The notes below the pieces were generated by a model. That model saw only the letters and a program-made list of their open reading frames with translations. It did not search any database and was not told the origin of the DNA. A stretch of DNA of 64,000 bases from Camelus dromedarius. Lineage: Eukaryota. Positions 1-14,070 of this stretch are shown here, piece by piece. The stretch's first letter is position 1, and every line of letters starts with the position of its first letter. The translations under genes and the position numbers were made by a program. The stretch spans positions 22,074,001 through 22,138,000 of the forward strand of contig NC_087436.1 of assembly GCF_036321535.1 (NCBI RefSeq). Direction: 5' to 3'.

Positions 1-3000
1 AGAGAGAAAAACTGTATAGGAAAGAATGAGCTCACAATCATGGTTTTGACTTCTTCAATGGACTCAGATGTAATGGATGGTGACTGTTTATTACACTACA
101 GGAAAAAGAATACATCTTAACCCAAACTCTCAAACCTATTAGAATGAATCGAAGTTAAAGAACTTTTGTGTAAAAATTAGCTTGGGGCTTTGTGCAAAAG
201 ATCTGACACGTTCACCTGGGCCACCTTAGTTACTTGGTGCAGAAGATTTTTTATTGCACATGTGCAGTATCTAGAAGCACTTAATTCCATTTACACGTAG
301 AAACAGTGTCTGTGAAAATAGTGCCAAGGTTGGAGTTTGAAAACAGAGCTCAGATCCCAGGTTTTCCTTTCCTGGGCTTAAAATGTTTCTTCCTGGACAT
401 TCATGAAGTGGGGACAGTAAGTTTTGCCTTAACTGCCCCCATAGGGTTACTGAATCAAGCGGAGCCTAGTCAGGAGACAGAAAGCACACTGCTTTTTTGA
501 ACATAGATGTTGACTAGAAGTAATTAAGTAAGCATATTGTTTTGAATGAGGTAAAATTATAACAGATGGGAGCTCTAAGAGGTAGCTACCACCTCTAGAG
601 CTGGAGGAACAGAGGGAAGAATTTAGAATTATTAAAACTTAGAACCTCAGAGGAAAGGGATCTAAAGATGTGAATTTTATAGAGGACATATTTGATATGA
701 CATTCAGATAGAGTGATTACAATATTTCCTTTTTTTCCTTACAAAGTTTTCCACTTCAAAGGGTATTCTTTTGCTATATAATAAATCTTCAGAGAATATT
801 TTATTTTCATAAAATTATTGATATTGAAAAAAAGCCTATAGTTTATAGGTTCAATGAAATACAATATTCATATGCCTTTGCAAGAAAATGGAAAAGTTGA
901 TCCATGAGTTTCTCCTCGTGTCTAAATCTCTCTCTGGTTTTAATCTATTTGCTAAGAGAGCAGTTTGACTTTCATTCTCTTAGAGGACCATTTAGTCCTT
1001 AGTTACTATAAAAAAGTAGATCTTTCTTTCTAAGAACCTAACTTACTAAGAGAGTTCAACAGGCAGTCTGAAAAATAGCATCCCTTTTATGTCATTTTTT
1101 CTTTTTTCTCCTCATTTGGATAGTGATTCACAAATGTTTCTTTTCTCACTTAGCTATGAGTTGTCCTCATTCTCTGAGGGGAAATAAGAAGTATGTTGAG
1201 AATGGGCTATCTCCTGTGATGTCAAAGTTTTTATCTAAATTAAGACATATTGCTGATAATTGACCCAAGTTAGTTTATGTTAACTCAGATTATAAATAAA
1301 GGGTTGTCACCCTGACGACCTTGGCTACCAGACCATTAATGTAGCAATAGTTTAATAAAGGGCCAAATCTGGTGGAAATTTGGAAGAGGACCAAAACATT
1401 CTTTTTCCCAAAGGAGTGTGAAAACACGAGGAAAATAACATCTGCTCTGTGTTCCGCGCTGGTGCTGGCAAGGCTGAGCTATAAACACCGGCGTCCCAAG
1501 AGCAGAAGCCTGCGGCTCCTGGTGTTGAGCAGGCTGTGAAGTGCATGGAATCACTCCCCTGCAGCAGAAGAGCTCCTGGGAGCAGGCACTCACTGAAGCT
1601 GACTGGGGAATTCTTCAGACAGATGGGGCTTTGCTCTGCTAACCTTCTGTGGCTGTAGAAGGAAGGACTCTCACTTCTAACTGCTCACTAGGGCTATTTT
1701 AGACCATCAGTGCCTAGTTCTAGTTTGCCACCCTGGAGCTATGTTACTTGAGATTAGCGGGCCGCCAAACTCATATTGAGAATGAGATTCTTTTATTTCC
1801 TTATATCCCAGATTTGCACTTGTCAATTGTAAAGATGAAAAAGAAAGCAAATAGAGAAAAGGCTTCCCACTTGCAGATGATTTCCAGTGTCTCCTTAATC
1901 ATCTGTGTCGAAGTAGAATTGGAAGGCAGGGCAGGTGGCCGGTCCTGGGGGTCCAGAATTAAGCGGATTTGGGTCCTCAAATGACTGGTGAATGATTCTT
2001 CCTCTAAGGTAAAATATTCTAGAAATAAAAGAGTCTTTATGATAAGACCAAACACTGAAGTGACGGGATGGTGGATGCCTTAACTTCATGAAAATGGCAA
2101 ATGTCAACGCATTTCGTACTCTTTGTCAAAAGAATAAATGATGGAGCAATTGATTTAAGGGCTGATAGAAACCAAGCCTCCTCCTCAGTGACCTCTGTGC
2201 AGTAGCAGGTTGGGGCGGGGCCTTTACAACGCCTGCTCCTCAGGTCTAATGGCCTGGCCCCACCCCTCCCCTATATCACAAGCAAAAGCTTCAAGATAGA
2301 AGAATATTATCTGCAAGATGGAGCTTATAGACTGTCTTTGTTATTGATGTACACTTTGCCAAACTATGTGGCTATGTCTGCAGCAGCATAATAAAACTAT
2401 GATTTTGTTTTATAATTATGCAGCAGAATTTGTGGATTATTGTGTTTAGACATTCTGTCATGTTTGTGACAATTATAGTTCCCCGATTCAATTCCTCCTC
2501 TCTTTCCCTCAGGGCATCAGGAAATTGTTGTGATTTAGGATGGTAATATCTAACCTCCAGGTGGGAATACGGGGACCCTTGCTAGTCTTTGTGGGAGACT
2601 ATCCTTTTCTGAACCACCTCTGCTCTTATACAGAAAAAAATATTCGCCTAGTATACTCTCTTTCCGTCTCATAAATGCTTTCATATTTCATTTTCAGTCT
2701 TTTTCTATTCTGATGGTAGAGAGGTCCCAGGAAGAAAGGTCACACAGAAATGATTTGCTCAGGTACTTTAATGAATGGATTATTTTTAATAACGTTTTTT
2801 ATTGAATTTTAATATTTTTCATTTTGATTTTTCCAATTTGGAAATTAAACGGAAGTCATAGCACCATTGCTAATTCAGCTAAGAGTGAATAAATTAATTT
2901 CATTGTGAAATTTTTGACCCCTGAGGCCGGCGCTCAAACTGATATTGATTTGGTTGGCTCTGACCTTCATTTTGTGTGTCAGCCACAATGCGATACTTTT

Positions 3001-6000
3001 GATGCTTCGTAATGCTGAAGGCCGTACTTTTCCCTCAGACCACTGGCCAAATAATAATCAGATAATTGGGATATATTTGGCACTTTCATCTGAACACTAA
3101 TACATGGCAACCCTGGCTCTTAAGGACTCTCCTTATGTGATCCCTATTAAGCAGTTAGGTGAAGAATCCTGGTCCCAGTGGCTGGCAAGTAGTAGATATT
3201 CAATAGATATTTGTTGAATTACCTTTTAAAGTTGAAATTAAAGTGACATCAGTCAATGAACGTAAACGTAAGCACCTGTTCTCTCAATCTGAAAACTATT
3301 TACCGTACGAATTTACAGTGGAGTGGGATGGAATCAAACATCCTAACTCGATTTTTTTCTTCGCGTTTTAAAGATGCTGTTGCTTAGCGAGGTGTTTCAA
3401 GACCATCCATTGGTTTCCAGAGAGGCTGCTTCAGCGTCCTTGCAAGAGAGGCCGGGGAGGCACATCCACGCAAGGGGAGACGGGAAGTTAGAGCACCTAT
3501 AGAATTTAATTAAGCCTATATCTTTACCTGTTACTTCCGGATCAGGCACGAAACCGGACCTGCTTAATGACAGGGTGGCCAGCACTACCAGCCACTACCT
3601 TTTGTGTCATTTCACGGGGGGGGGGGGGGTCCTCCATTTGTGGAACTTACTCTGCCCCTTAAAATGCCGTTTATTCAGCACTTTTATGCTGCTACTACTC
3701 AACATTGCACCTGGGTGTTAAGAAGTGTGAAAGGAGTCCAATTTAAACCAAATATTTCAAGTATTTAGATAGTGTAGGCTGGAATTACTTACTATTTGTC
3801 TCAATCTGATATTTTTGGCTGCCTTGCTAGAGCCATAGTTCCCTTGAGGGAAATTTATTTCGCAAAAGAGCCCCCAAGCCCTCTGTTTTATACTTTCTTT
3901 CTTTTAATATTTCTTCAGTCCTTTTCTGGTTTTGGCCTTAATTAGCACTTTGTGAATATCATTGGTCATCCAGATCATATCTCTTGCCGTATCCTTTGTT
4001 TATTTGGGTGCTAGTTTGGCTTGTCTAAGAGACTTTTCCATATCATCAATATGCCACTTTTTTCGAGTCTCATTTTGGCTTCTATTGTTTCATGCTATTT
4101 AATGTTTCAGAATATTTGCCTTTTTGATTCCTTCTAGAAGCCTTCTTGTTCCCAAAATCTCCTTAAATTATGGAGTAATAGAGGGCAAGAATCAAAAAGA
4201 AGTGTGAAATGGAATAAAGCTAATGACCAGTTTGTCTTTGTTCTAATGGTTGGATTTAATTAGGAAGCGCACAGGGCAGATCTGCGTCCTTCTCCTCTTG
4301 GAAAGGAACAAGTGTGTTATTTATGTTTTAGTTCATAAATCCCTAAGCTGCAGAGACCATGTCTCTTTAAATTACGTGCCAACTCAGCACCACGTAAGGT
4401 AACAGTGTTGTCCGATGAAGCACATGTTTACGTTAGCAAACTGAGGTGGAAGGCTGAGATGAAAACCACTTTGCCCAAACTACCACAATCACGCGCTAGA
4501 AAAAGAAACATCTAGAAGCCATTGATCCAGAAGTTCACTTCCTAGGCTGGGTATACACTAAGACAGTAAAGCATTAGAAACTGTAGGGACAATGGACAAC
4601 TGTAAGCCTTAAATCAATGACAGTATCCACTTTCCATTTCCTTTTGATTGTTCTGGTTCTTTTGATCATTGCTAAATTAAATCACGTGTGAATTACTGTG
4701 ACTGTTCTCTTCTGAAGACCACCAGAATTTATGGGAACTGGACAATTTAAGGTGGACTTGAGTTAAATGAATTACCTACCTCTGCTCAAAGTCTACATTT
4801 TCTAATTAATGTGGCTGCAATTCACATTTTGACGTCCTACTGAGGGTGTGCTTGTAAGCCTGTGTGCTATTCCCAGTCCAAAATGCCACGCACGTTGAGT
4901 GACATAACCACAGCCCTTCATCCACACCTGGCATTTCAGAGGCTTCTGTCACACACTGGGAATGAATAGTGTATGTTTTTCCCTAAATCTTTTTCTTGTC
5001 ACTATTTTTCAGATGCTTTGGTTTTCATCAGTATTTCCTCCCTGCTCTGACTTTTTTTTTAAATCAGGAAATAATTATCTGACAGTTAATATTGATAATT
5101 CTCATCAAAAAATGGCCTCTTTTTTGCAGATAGCTGTCGCCTGTAGTCTGTCTTGTCACAGAACCTAGTTAGTTGTAAGTACACCTGCGGCTGTATAACG
5201 CCTCTTCTTCTATTAAAGAATAATATTATGGCTTTGCAAGTGTAGATGTTGCCATAAAGATTTTTTTTATTGTGCATATTCCCTTGAATATAAGTGAGTT
5301 AGGTGCACTTAAATGTTATTAAGTTGTGAATTTAAGACTGCATAGAACTGAGCAGAACCAAGCAGTTAGCTTAGAATAATTTAAGGAGAGCTTATAAAGC
5401 ACTTATATACAAATCAGATGAGATGATAGACACTGAGAGAACAATGTTTTGTTTTAAAGTACTCCAACTCGAGAAAATATTGTGTACTAAATGAATGACA
5501 CAAAATGGCAAAAAAAGTGGAAATTTAGGATTTTTTTATCTTTATATTTTAAAGAAAAACTATCAACATCTTAAGTGATGTGAGCATTTATCATATTGTC
5601 AAATAAAGTTATGTCCTTGTTTCTTGGATGACTGATGAGTGTGTTGCTGAAAAGGGAGTTGATTTTCTTGCTCTGCCTGTTATTTTTTTCCATTTATGTA
5701 AATTTATACCTTGTCGAGGCTGTATGATTGTGAACTCTGTGATTGTGCTGAGTTGCTCGGGATGCTGGAAATAGGAAAACTTGCCACATCTACATTTCCC
5801 ATTATGATGCCATCCTTTAAGTTGCTAAGCCTTATACCTTGAGGAAAGAGGCTATAAAACTATATAAAAATATGCATTATATAAAGTTTTGTGAACATAC
5901 ATATTTTTCTCCTCTCTCTTAGCTTCCTTGTTTTGCAGCCTGCATCTGGCTAAAGTATCGTACCATTAAGGAGACTAATGTTCTCTTTTCCATCTGCAAA

Positions 6001-8138
6001 GGTTTTATTTGACTTTCTGTGGTTATTTCTTTTTAAGTGAATGCTATTCTTCACAAGAGAGGGTGACCATTTTAGAGGATGTGAATGGATTAGAACTAAG
6101 TTATAGAAATTATGAGAAAGATAACCAAAGTACAGTCAAAATTAAAAATGGCTAAATGGTGACATCTTGGAAATACAGAAATTCTCATCGTTCATAAGTG
6201 TTACTAAGTTGCAACTTCTATTTAGCAAAAGTGATACATAATGAGCTATCTAGGGCCAGAAATGTAATAATAATATTTGTAGTAATTTTACGGTAAATTT
6301 ATATAGTACTTTATTGTTTTCACACGCATTATTGCTTCTGAGCCCTAAACAAAGGGAAGAGTAAAGGAAATGACTCCTCTCTTTTACTAGAGACAAGTTC
6401 AAAGAGATTAAATGGCTTGACCAAATTTGCAGTTAACGTGTGTTGCGCTAGCACCAGTCACTGCTGAACTTCATCAGCATTCCAGCTGATGAGCAGGTAA
6501 ACAGATCAGAATACAAGGTAAATAAAAGTAGACATAAAAGGCATTTGGGATGGTTTGGAGCTATTAGTCATTATCCTGTCCAATCAGCTAGGGACTCTGA
6601 TTATGGAATTCACATTTCAAAAAAAAAAAAAAACAGGCAAAATTCCAATTTCCTAGTTTAGTCAAAGGCCAATTTTTATTAGTTTGATTTATTATTAACT
6701 TTCAGGTATCTTTTAAGCCTTCACAGGTTTTGGGATTTATGTGAACTCAAAAGCAAAGGATATTCTCATAATCCATTAAATAAATGTCCTATAACTGTCT
6801 CCCCCTTCACCTCTAGAATATCGATATCTTTGTCACTACATAATATGAAATACAGCCCTTAGAATGGGCTGTGTATTCTACTCATTTCTTGAGATCTCTG
6901 GTTAATTTACTACTTAGGATATCAATTTTGGTGGCACCCGTTGGGTTATATTGGAAAACGTCCTATTTATTCTGTTGGAATCAGCTGAGATCACAAAATT
7001 GTTTCACATTGGCTTTTATGCTGCTAATATTCACATTTCTTCAAATTCAGATGTTTGAGTTGATAGGCTAGAAGTGAAATCCATCATTTTCTTACTGATG
7101 GTTTTTCTTCTGATGAAATTGAGGGATACATGAAAGTTTACACTTAAGTTAATGCTGTTGATTTGTACTTGACACACTTAAAGTGATAGTCCCTCTTTGC
7201 TTCACATTTCTCCGCTAATTACAGAGTTTTTATCCAAAATTTTTATGACACTGTTCACTTATAAAAATGGTTTATAGAACTTTTGGAATGAGGCCACTAA
7301 CTGTTCCAGCTTTAAAAGCATCCACATAAGTAATAATCCATTCAGTGTTGGTACTTGCTTTTTATTAGTAATTAAAATGATCTGAAATCAAAATGAGAGT
7401 AATAAATAAAGCTCAGTGTCAAAGATCAAGGCAGTAGCGAGATAGTTCAGACTGCTATTAAGAAACACAAGTGCTTTTTCGGCAAAATTTCTCTGCACAA
7501 AATGTATAGAGTCTTTTGAAATTGTTCTACATTATTAAAATGTTTATGTTCTTATAAACATTTCCCTGTAATTTTAATTTAACTCCTTTTGCGAATATGC
7601 AGTGATTCTTATATTCCGGCAGAAGAGGCAATTGTGTTTTTGGTGAGGCTTAAGCTGTTATGAGCATCCCGACCTAAAAAGTGGATTCCGTGATCCTCAG
7701 CACACACAGCTACTAAGGGGAACCCAGTACCAAAGAGCTGAGAGAGTGTGGGAAGAAGGTGGGGAGGGCTTGAAAGGACAAAGGGAGGATGCTCAGGACA
7801 AGTGTCTTCCCTTTCTCAATTTTGTTTAGGACTGTTCTAGAAATCAGATGTAATAAAATTAAATTTGCTCTTGTTTAATCGGTATTATTTGATTGCATCT
7901 TCACTATTAACATCAGTAGCTCTCACCTCTTCCCAAGGCCTTTTCTTGTATTCACTCTTCTGAGATTTACTTTCTAGGATGCTAGGAGTAGTGATGTTAC
8001 TACTGATTTTTGAGAGCTTTCTGTAAGCCAGGTCCTGGGAGTGTGTGTTGCAAACAGAATTGTATTTTATGCTCACAGCTACTCTGGGAGGTTCTATCAT
8101 TTGTATTTTACATGTGAGGAAGCTGACGATTAGAAAAG

Positions 8139-8422
8139 TGTATGACAGATTATCACAAGTTTAGCACCTTCAAACAGCAGACATTTATTACCTTATCGTC
8201 TGCTAAAAAAGAGTCTTATGTAATGTGATATAATCACCGGTTGACATTATGTCACCTCTGCCATGTAATATAACAATCCTAAGAGTGACATTCTGTCACC
8301 TTTGCCACATTCTAGGTTAGAAGCAAGTCATAGGTCTTGCCTGCACTCAAGGCAACGGGATTGTAAACAGGAACACCAGAGGGCAGAGATCATGAGAGGC
8401 ACCCTGAGGTCTGTCTGCCACA
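8139..8422 (-). mobile_element. MLT1-type LTR fragment nested in a MIR (7985-8500)
   Basis: tcacctttgccacattctaggttagaagcaagtcatagg...gtctgtctgccaca. The MIR core gaggaagctga lies before it and aaccaaggtcacaca after it. Confidence 0.75.
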
Positions 8423-10264
8423 TTCAGTAAATTAACCAAGGTCACACATCTACTGGGATTCACAGCCAGATGTTATTGACTTAAATGTCCATGCCTTAAG
8501 TGCAATATTTTTCCATCTACATAGGATCCAAAAGAAATAAAACGCAACTATGTAAGATTGTTGTCTACCTGGACTTTGGTAGATCTTCCAAGTATAACCT
8601 AAGTCTTGTAATTTCTACATTTGAGGATGTTCTTAATCCTAATCTACTCCTTAAAATAAAATATGTATGTGTTTTCGTGGACATCTGTTTAGAAACATAG
8701 TAAGTGTAGTGTTGACTTAGACACCAATAGTATTGACGTGAAGGGACTCACCGTTGCTTTCCATAAAGTAATGAGCGGGGTCAAGGGAGAGACACAAGTG
8801 GCTTTTCCAATCAAATAAATATATTTATATATTCACTAGGAAGCACAGTGGAGCCTGTGTAGTGTTTTTCTGTTTAATAAAAAAAATGTAGTTGAATTTT
8901 TATCATCAGAATCTCTAGTAAAATCATGGCAAATGCATTGTGAACTGCACTTTTAAGTTCCTGGAGTATGACCTTGTAATTGAGAAGTTTAGCTGTCTAG
9001 GTTTTTTTTTTTTTTTTTTTAGGACTGGAGGTGAAAAAACAAAAGGGCTGCAGATCTTTTTTCCTCCAGATGGTATTTAAAGACTTTATAGAGAAAGCTC
9101 CTCTGTGAGTTCTTGCCTGTATAGGGGTCTTCAGCTCACTTCGGTTTAGTCTTGTTGGATGCTGACAGAGGGGAGGCCGGAGGCCCTACCACACACACAC
9201 GGGGTCATGTTTTCAAGGAAGGGGAAGATCCTTTCACGGAGGGTGGCTGGCTCTCATATCCGCTGTTGCCCCTGCTACCTGCCACAGCATCTAGAAAGCT
9301 GGGAAACAAGAGATCCTCAAACTAAGCCTTCCTGTCTTTTTCCCAAGGAACTGAGGCTGCCTTTCCAATAGGTGAACAGGTGGAGAGAGGCCCCCTCTGC
9401 TCCTCCCTGTACCAGGTTTACCTTATGTATTTCCAGTTAGTAATTTCAGTTCAGAAAATCTCTCCTCCGCTTGATGCACTTTTTATGGTGTTAAATATAC
9501 CCTAGTTTGAGAGACTTTCATTTCTGTGGTATACGAATAATAAGACTTTTCCTTAAGAAGACAGTCTTGTAGCTGAAAATAAAAGTATTTCTTCGCTGCA
9601 CCCTGAGGTATTTATTCATGTAGCTAATTATAATTTGTTCCTTTTTTCCAGTTTAATAATTGCTTTTTAGTTTTGCATAAACCACGTTAAAATGAGAAAT
9701 TTTTGTTATTTAATATTATTTCAAAGCGTGAGAAAATAAGAAATCTTACAGTAAAGAATAGGTGAACAAGTATCAGATGAACTGTCTCTTTTCTCTAGGG
9801 AAAGAAAAAAATAACAGGAAAAGACAAAACTCTGAATGAAGTTCAAAGCAGGATGTATGGGGGTCACTTGAAACATAATTCACTTTCCTGCACTAATACT
9901 GGCCCCTTTCAGTTTCAGAATGTGGTAGTGAGAATGGATGAGTTAAGCAAGAGGCTGCAGAGAGTCGTTGTGAGAGGGAAGTGCTTTTCACCAGCTGGCA
10001 GATCATGACTGGGGTCTCCAACCTCGGCCTGGTAAAAAGAGCCCATCCTTCCAAGGGGAAGAATCATTTTGTTTCATTATTTACTACATTCCCAGGGTCC
10101 CACATCATTTTTGTGCTCCCTGGGGTTCTTCTGTTAGCTCCACAGACAAGAGTACTTGTGCGGCTGTGTGCTTTGCACAGGGGCCCAGGCGAGCAGCGCT
10201 TATGGTAATCTACCTTAATGCTCTGTTTTGCTTCTCTTTTTGCACACAAGCATGGCTATTAAGT

Positions 10265-10725
10265 CTGGATCAGCCGCAGTCCCAGCAGGAAACAGATGGC
10301 ACTCGCAAATTAGGATAATTCCAGGAGGGTTTATTTACAAAGGGACTATTTACAAAGTAGAATCACGAAGAGTGGTGCAGTAACCTGGTTTCATAATGGT
10401 GGTGCTGTTATCATTCCTAGACCTGAAGGAAAGAAGGCGGAACAGTTTCCAGAAAACAGAGAGACTTGGGAAGGCCAGTGTGGTCAAGGGATAGGGCCAC
10501 CAGGCGCTACCTCGCAGGAGGGGAGCCAAGGGCATGTATATCCTGACCTTCCTGTCCTCCGTGGCCTTCCAGCCTGCTGCCGGGGTCCCCACTGTAGGAA
10601 CCCAGCTAAAAGTCAGAGGACAGAGGAGCCCCTGGATGTCATCCACACAGCTCAGCCCTCCAGGGGCAGAAGGCCAAGGTGGGGAAGAGTGGAGTGCAGG
10701 ATCGGGAGGAGTGAATAGGATCCGG
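10265..10725. mobile_element. LTR33-like ERVL LTR
   Basis: gtcccagcaggaaacagatggcactcgcaaattaggataatt...aaagggactatttacaaag...cctagacctgaagg. Confidence 0.75.
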
Positions 10726-11354
10726 TATATTTGGCACAAATTCCAACATATGGAAATTAGGATCTTGAAATGTGTTTTTTATGGCTATGGTCATCAGAAT
10801 AGATTAATAGCAAATATTTAGTCCTTATGAGGCATTGGAGCTTTGAGAGCCTTACTTTTTTGAATTTGGAAGGCAGGGAAAACAGAAAACAACTCACTCA
10901 TTAGTAGGGCCGATGTCAAAGCAAAGGGACAGATTTCTATATGCAGCCTAGTCATTTTCTTTCACCGTTACCTTTAATTAGAAACTACTAGGACAGTTGC
11001 ATGACTAGTCTGGCATGTGGCACTTAAGCAACTGAACTTTTTAAATTAGAGCGTCTGTTGGATACAGGTCAGTATCTCAGTGTTGGAGTTCTGTGGAATG
11101 GAGGGTTTCAGACACAGAGAGAGAGTCTCGAAAGCATTTGCAAAGTGACACCTAGACAAGTTTAGGCTGATATAGATGAAAGCAGGTATGTAAGTGCCGA
11201 AAGATCACTTCTAGAGTGCAAAACTGGAGATAATGATATCGGGTATGTTCTTGAGATGTCATCTTTTAAAGGTGTATGGTTCTGTGTTCCTTTTTCCTCA
11301 CCTTGTCATAATGCTTTCAGATATGGGCATTTTAAGAATCAGGTGGAACAGACA

Positions 11355-12330
11355 CCGTAAAAAGAGTGAAAGGACAAATTATAGAGGGAAGGAGACATTT
11401 GCAACACTTATAAATTACCAAGGATTAAGATTCATTGTATATATCAAATATATAAAGGACACCTGCAAATCAATAAAAATAAGACAAGTAATTGTAGGGG
11501 AAAAAAGATTTGAACCAGCACTTCACCAAAAAGAAATAAACATTTGGGAATGAGCTTCATTAAATAGAGAAATGTTAATTAAAACTACAATGAGATGTAA
11601 TTGCATATCAACTGTTGGCAAAAAATTTAAAGATCTAATCATTTCAAGTATCAATAAAGATGCGAGATTTTCGTATAGTTGGAGATAAGTGATATAACCA
11701 TTTTGAAAAACAACTTAGCATTCTAGTTCAGTCAACGATGTGATCTCTGAGGACAGAGCAGTTCTCCTGGGTAATTACCCTAGAAAGTGATTTGTACGTG
11801 TCCTCTGGAATACCCATGAAGAATTTCACAGCAGTGGGTCATTCCAGCCAATACCTGGAAGTCATCCAAATATTCATCAAGAGTAATAGGGGTAAATACA
11901 TTGTGGTACAGTCATACAATAAATTACTCTCTGGCAATGAAAATAAATGAACCTTAGCTATATGCTAGGACTTGGATAAATTGCAAAAAAGTATTGAGTA
12001 AACAAAACAGGACCAAGGGATATATATGTATTTATGTACTTTATATTAAGTGAAAAGGTAGATAAAAAGAAAGTTTACACTTTTTTTTTTTTAATGTTTA
12101 GGCAAGCATTCTTTATCAGTAATTCTTTAAGGAAAAAAAAAAGGAAATCACTACAAAAGGACAATGGTTATCTCTGGTGCAGAAGATTGGGGTTGTATTG
12201 GGGAAAAGGCTCAAAAAGAAGGTTTTCTAGGTTGTTAGTAAGTTGCATTTCTTCCACAGGGGGTGGTTACACTGGTTTTAATTGGTACATATTAAATGGT
12301 ACACATATGACTATAAAGTTTTCTTTCTGC
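11355..12330 (+). mobile_element. Old L1ME-like fragment (ORF2 end/3'UTR)
   Basis: Degenerate L1 motifs: gaaggagacatttgcaacac, gatttgaaccagcacttcac, gaaatgttaattaaaactacaatgagat, ggtaaatacattgtggtacagtcatacaat. Confidence 0.8.
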
Positions 12331-13445
12331 TAAAAATAGATTAACAACTTTTTGAAAGTCTGTTGACTCTCCATTCTCCATGTTCTGCAATTTGGTGATT
12401 GATTCTGCCTGTCCCCCAACGGTGTTTGTAGGCACTATTTTTAAATTTCAGACTGCACTTAGTGGTTGAGAAGTTAACATGACTGGCATAACAAGGTGAA
12501 TATATAATAAATATCCATTAGATTTGCATATTTCTTCCCTTCTGGCATATGAAAGCAAAGCCACGCTTAAGGTCTACGTGGGAAACCTGGTGTTATGACA
12601 AAGAAAGTCAATGCTTCTATTGATAGCTAAATTCTAAAGAGTAAGATAGATGAGGTGAGGCGTTAACACGAGGTAGTTTGGATTAAAAAAAATAATAACA
12701 ATAGGATCAGAGCTGAAGGTAGGGAAGAGAAGCTTCCTGTCCCCCAAGCAAACAAACATTAGGAACCAGTTCACTAGAATTTTTGGTTTTGTTATTGAAA
12801 GGTTTAATCTGAGTTACTATTAATAAAGAAAATGGGGAAGTGAACAGGCTCCCATGGAAATGGTCAGATGCCTTTCTTTTTATAACTCCTCCAGCTGCTT
12901 TGGGAATTCTTGGACCCTTAGACTTTTTTTTCCTGCATTTTTCCCAGGAAGCAGCACACAGACAATTAGCCAGCCTGTTTGAGTTATTGGCGTCATCCTT
13001 GGGAGATCTTATGAGGCCGAAATTCTAGTGGGCTTTCAGGGAAGTGTGTTTGCCATAGGTGTGGTTGCTCCCTAGAGAATTTATCCATTCTGTACTTAAA
13101 GGCAGCTCACCCACTGCCTAAATGCAGTGTGAATTAAAAAACAAAACAAAACACCAAAAAAAAAAAAAAAAAACGGTGAATTTAGTACCTGTAACAATGA
13201 CAAGATCATGCAATTATGCTGTTGAATTTTAGAATGTTTATTACCAATCCTTTTTTCTTATGTATAAGAACCTGATTGTGATGTAACATCATAAATATAT
13301 GTTTATATATATTAACTAAATGTACTATTAGTTTCCAGTCTTTCTGATGCCTATAAAACAGAGTTTGAATAATAAAGGATAGGAAGGAAAAATCTGGTCA
13401 TTTAGCGAACTCTCCTCCATTTTGGAAGGAAGCCTCCTTTGCATC

Positions 13446-13575
13446 CGGGCTTCTCAGGATCACCCGAGGACCCTGTGCAGGGCAGATGCTAACTTAGCAG
13501 TCTGAGGCAGGACCTAAGGTTCTGCATTTCTGACCAGCTCCCAAATGATCCAGCAACCTGTCTCTGAGGAGCAGG
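13446..13575. mobile_element. MER5A-like MITE
   Basis: cctaaggttctgcatttctgaccagctccca. Confidence 0.6.
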
Positions 13576-13774
13576 AACACAGTGAACGTGTGGCCCCGGC
13601 TCATCTAATCAGACAGGATGCTCAGGATGCACCTGAGATGGGTTCTTCCCTGTAGTTTGTCTTCATGTTTCAAGGTTCTCATTGTGGCTACTTGTCTGTG
13701 GTTTTCTAAGGTTTTAAAGAAAATAGAAATCATTGAGCCTGGACCTGATTTTGTTCTGAGCTAATTAAGAGACC

Positions 13775-14070
13775 AGGGAGATGCTGAACAGAAGGTACCC
13801 ACTTCCAGTTATAAGACGAAGTTCTGGGGATGTGCAGCATGGTGACTATAGTTAACAATACTGTCTTACATACTTGAAAATTGCTAAGAGCTGATCTTAA
13901 GTGTTCTGACCACACTCAGGAAAGGTAACTATAGTGAGATGATGGATGTGTTAATTAGCTTGATGGCAGTAATCATTTCACAACATATATGTGTATCAAA
14001 CCAGCACGTTGTATACTTTAAATATATACCATTTTCATTTGTCAGTTATACGTCAGTAAAGCTGGAAAAG
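13775..14070 (+). mobile_element. L1MA (L1MA9-like) 3' end
   Basis: cagcatggtgactatagttaacaatactg...gaaaattgctaagag...gttaattagcttgat...gtaaagctggaaaa. Confidence 0.85.

Noticed and set aside
5905..5960. Strong polypyrimidine acceptors (5922, 5938)
   Set aside because: No convincing downstream donor and no INPP4B peptide.
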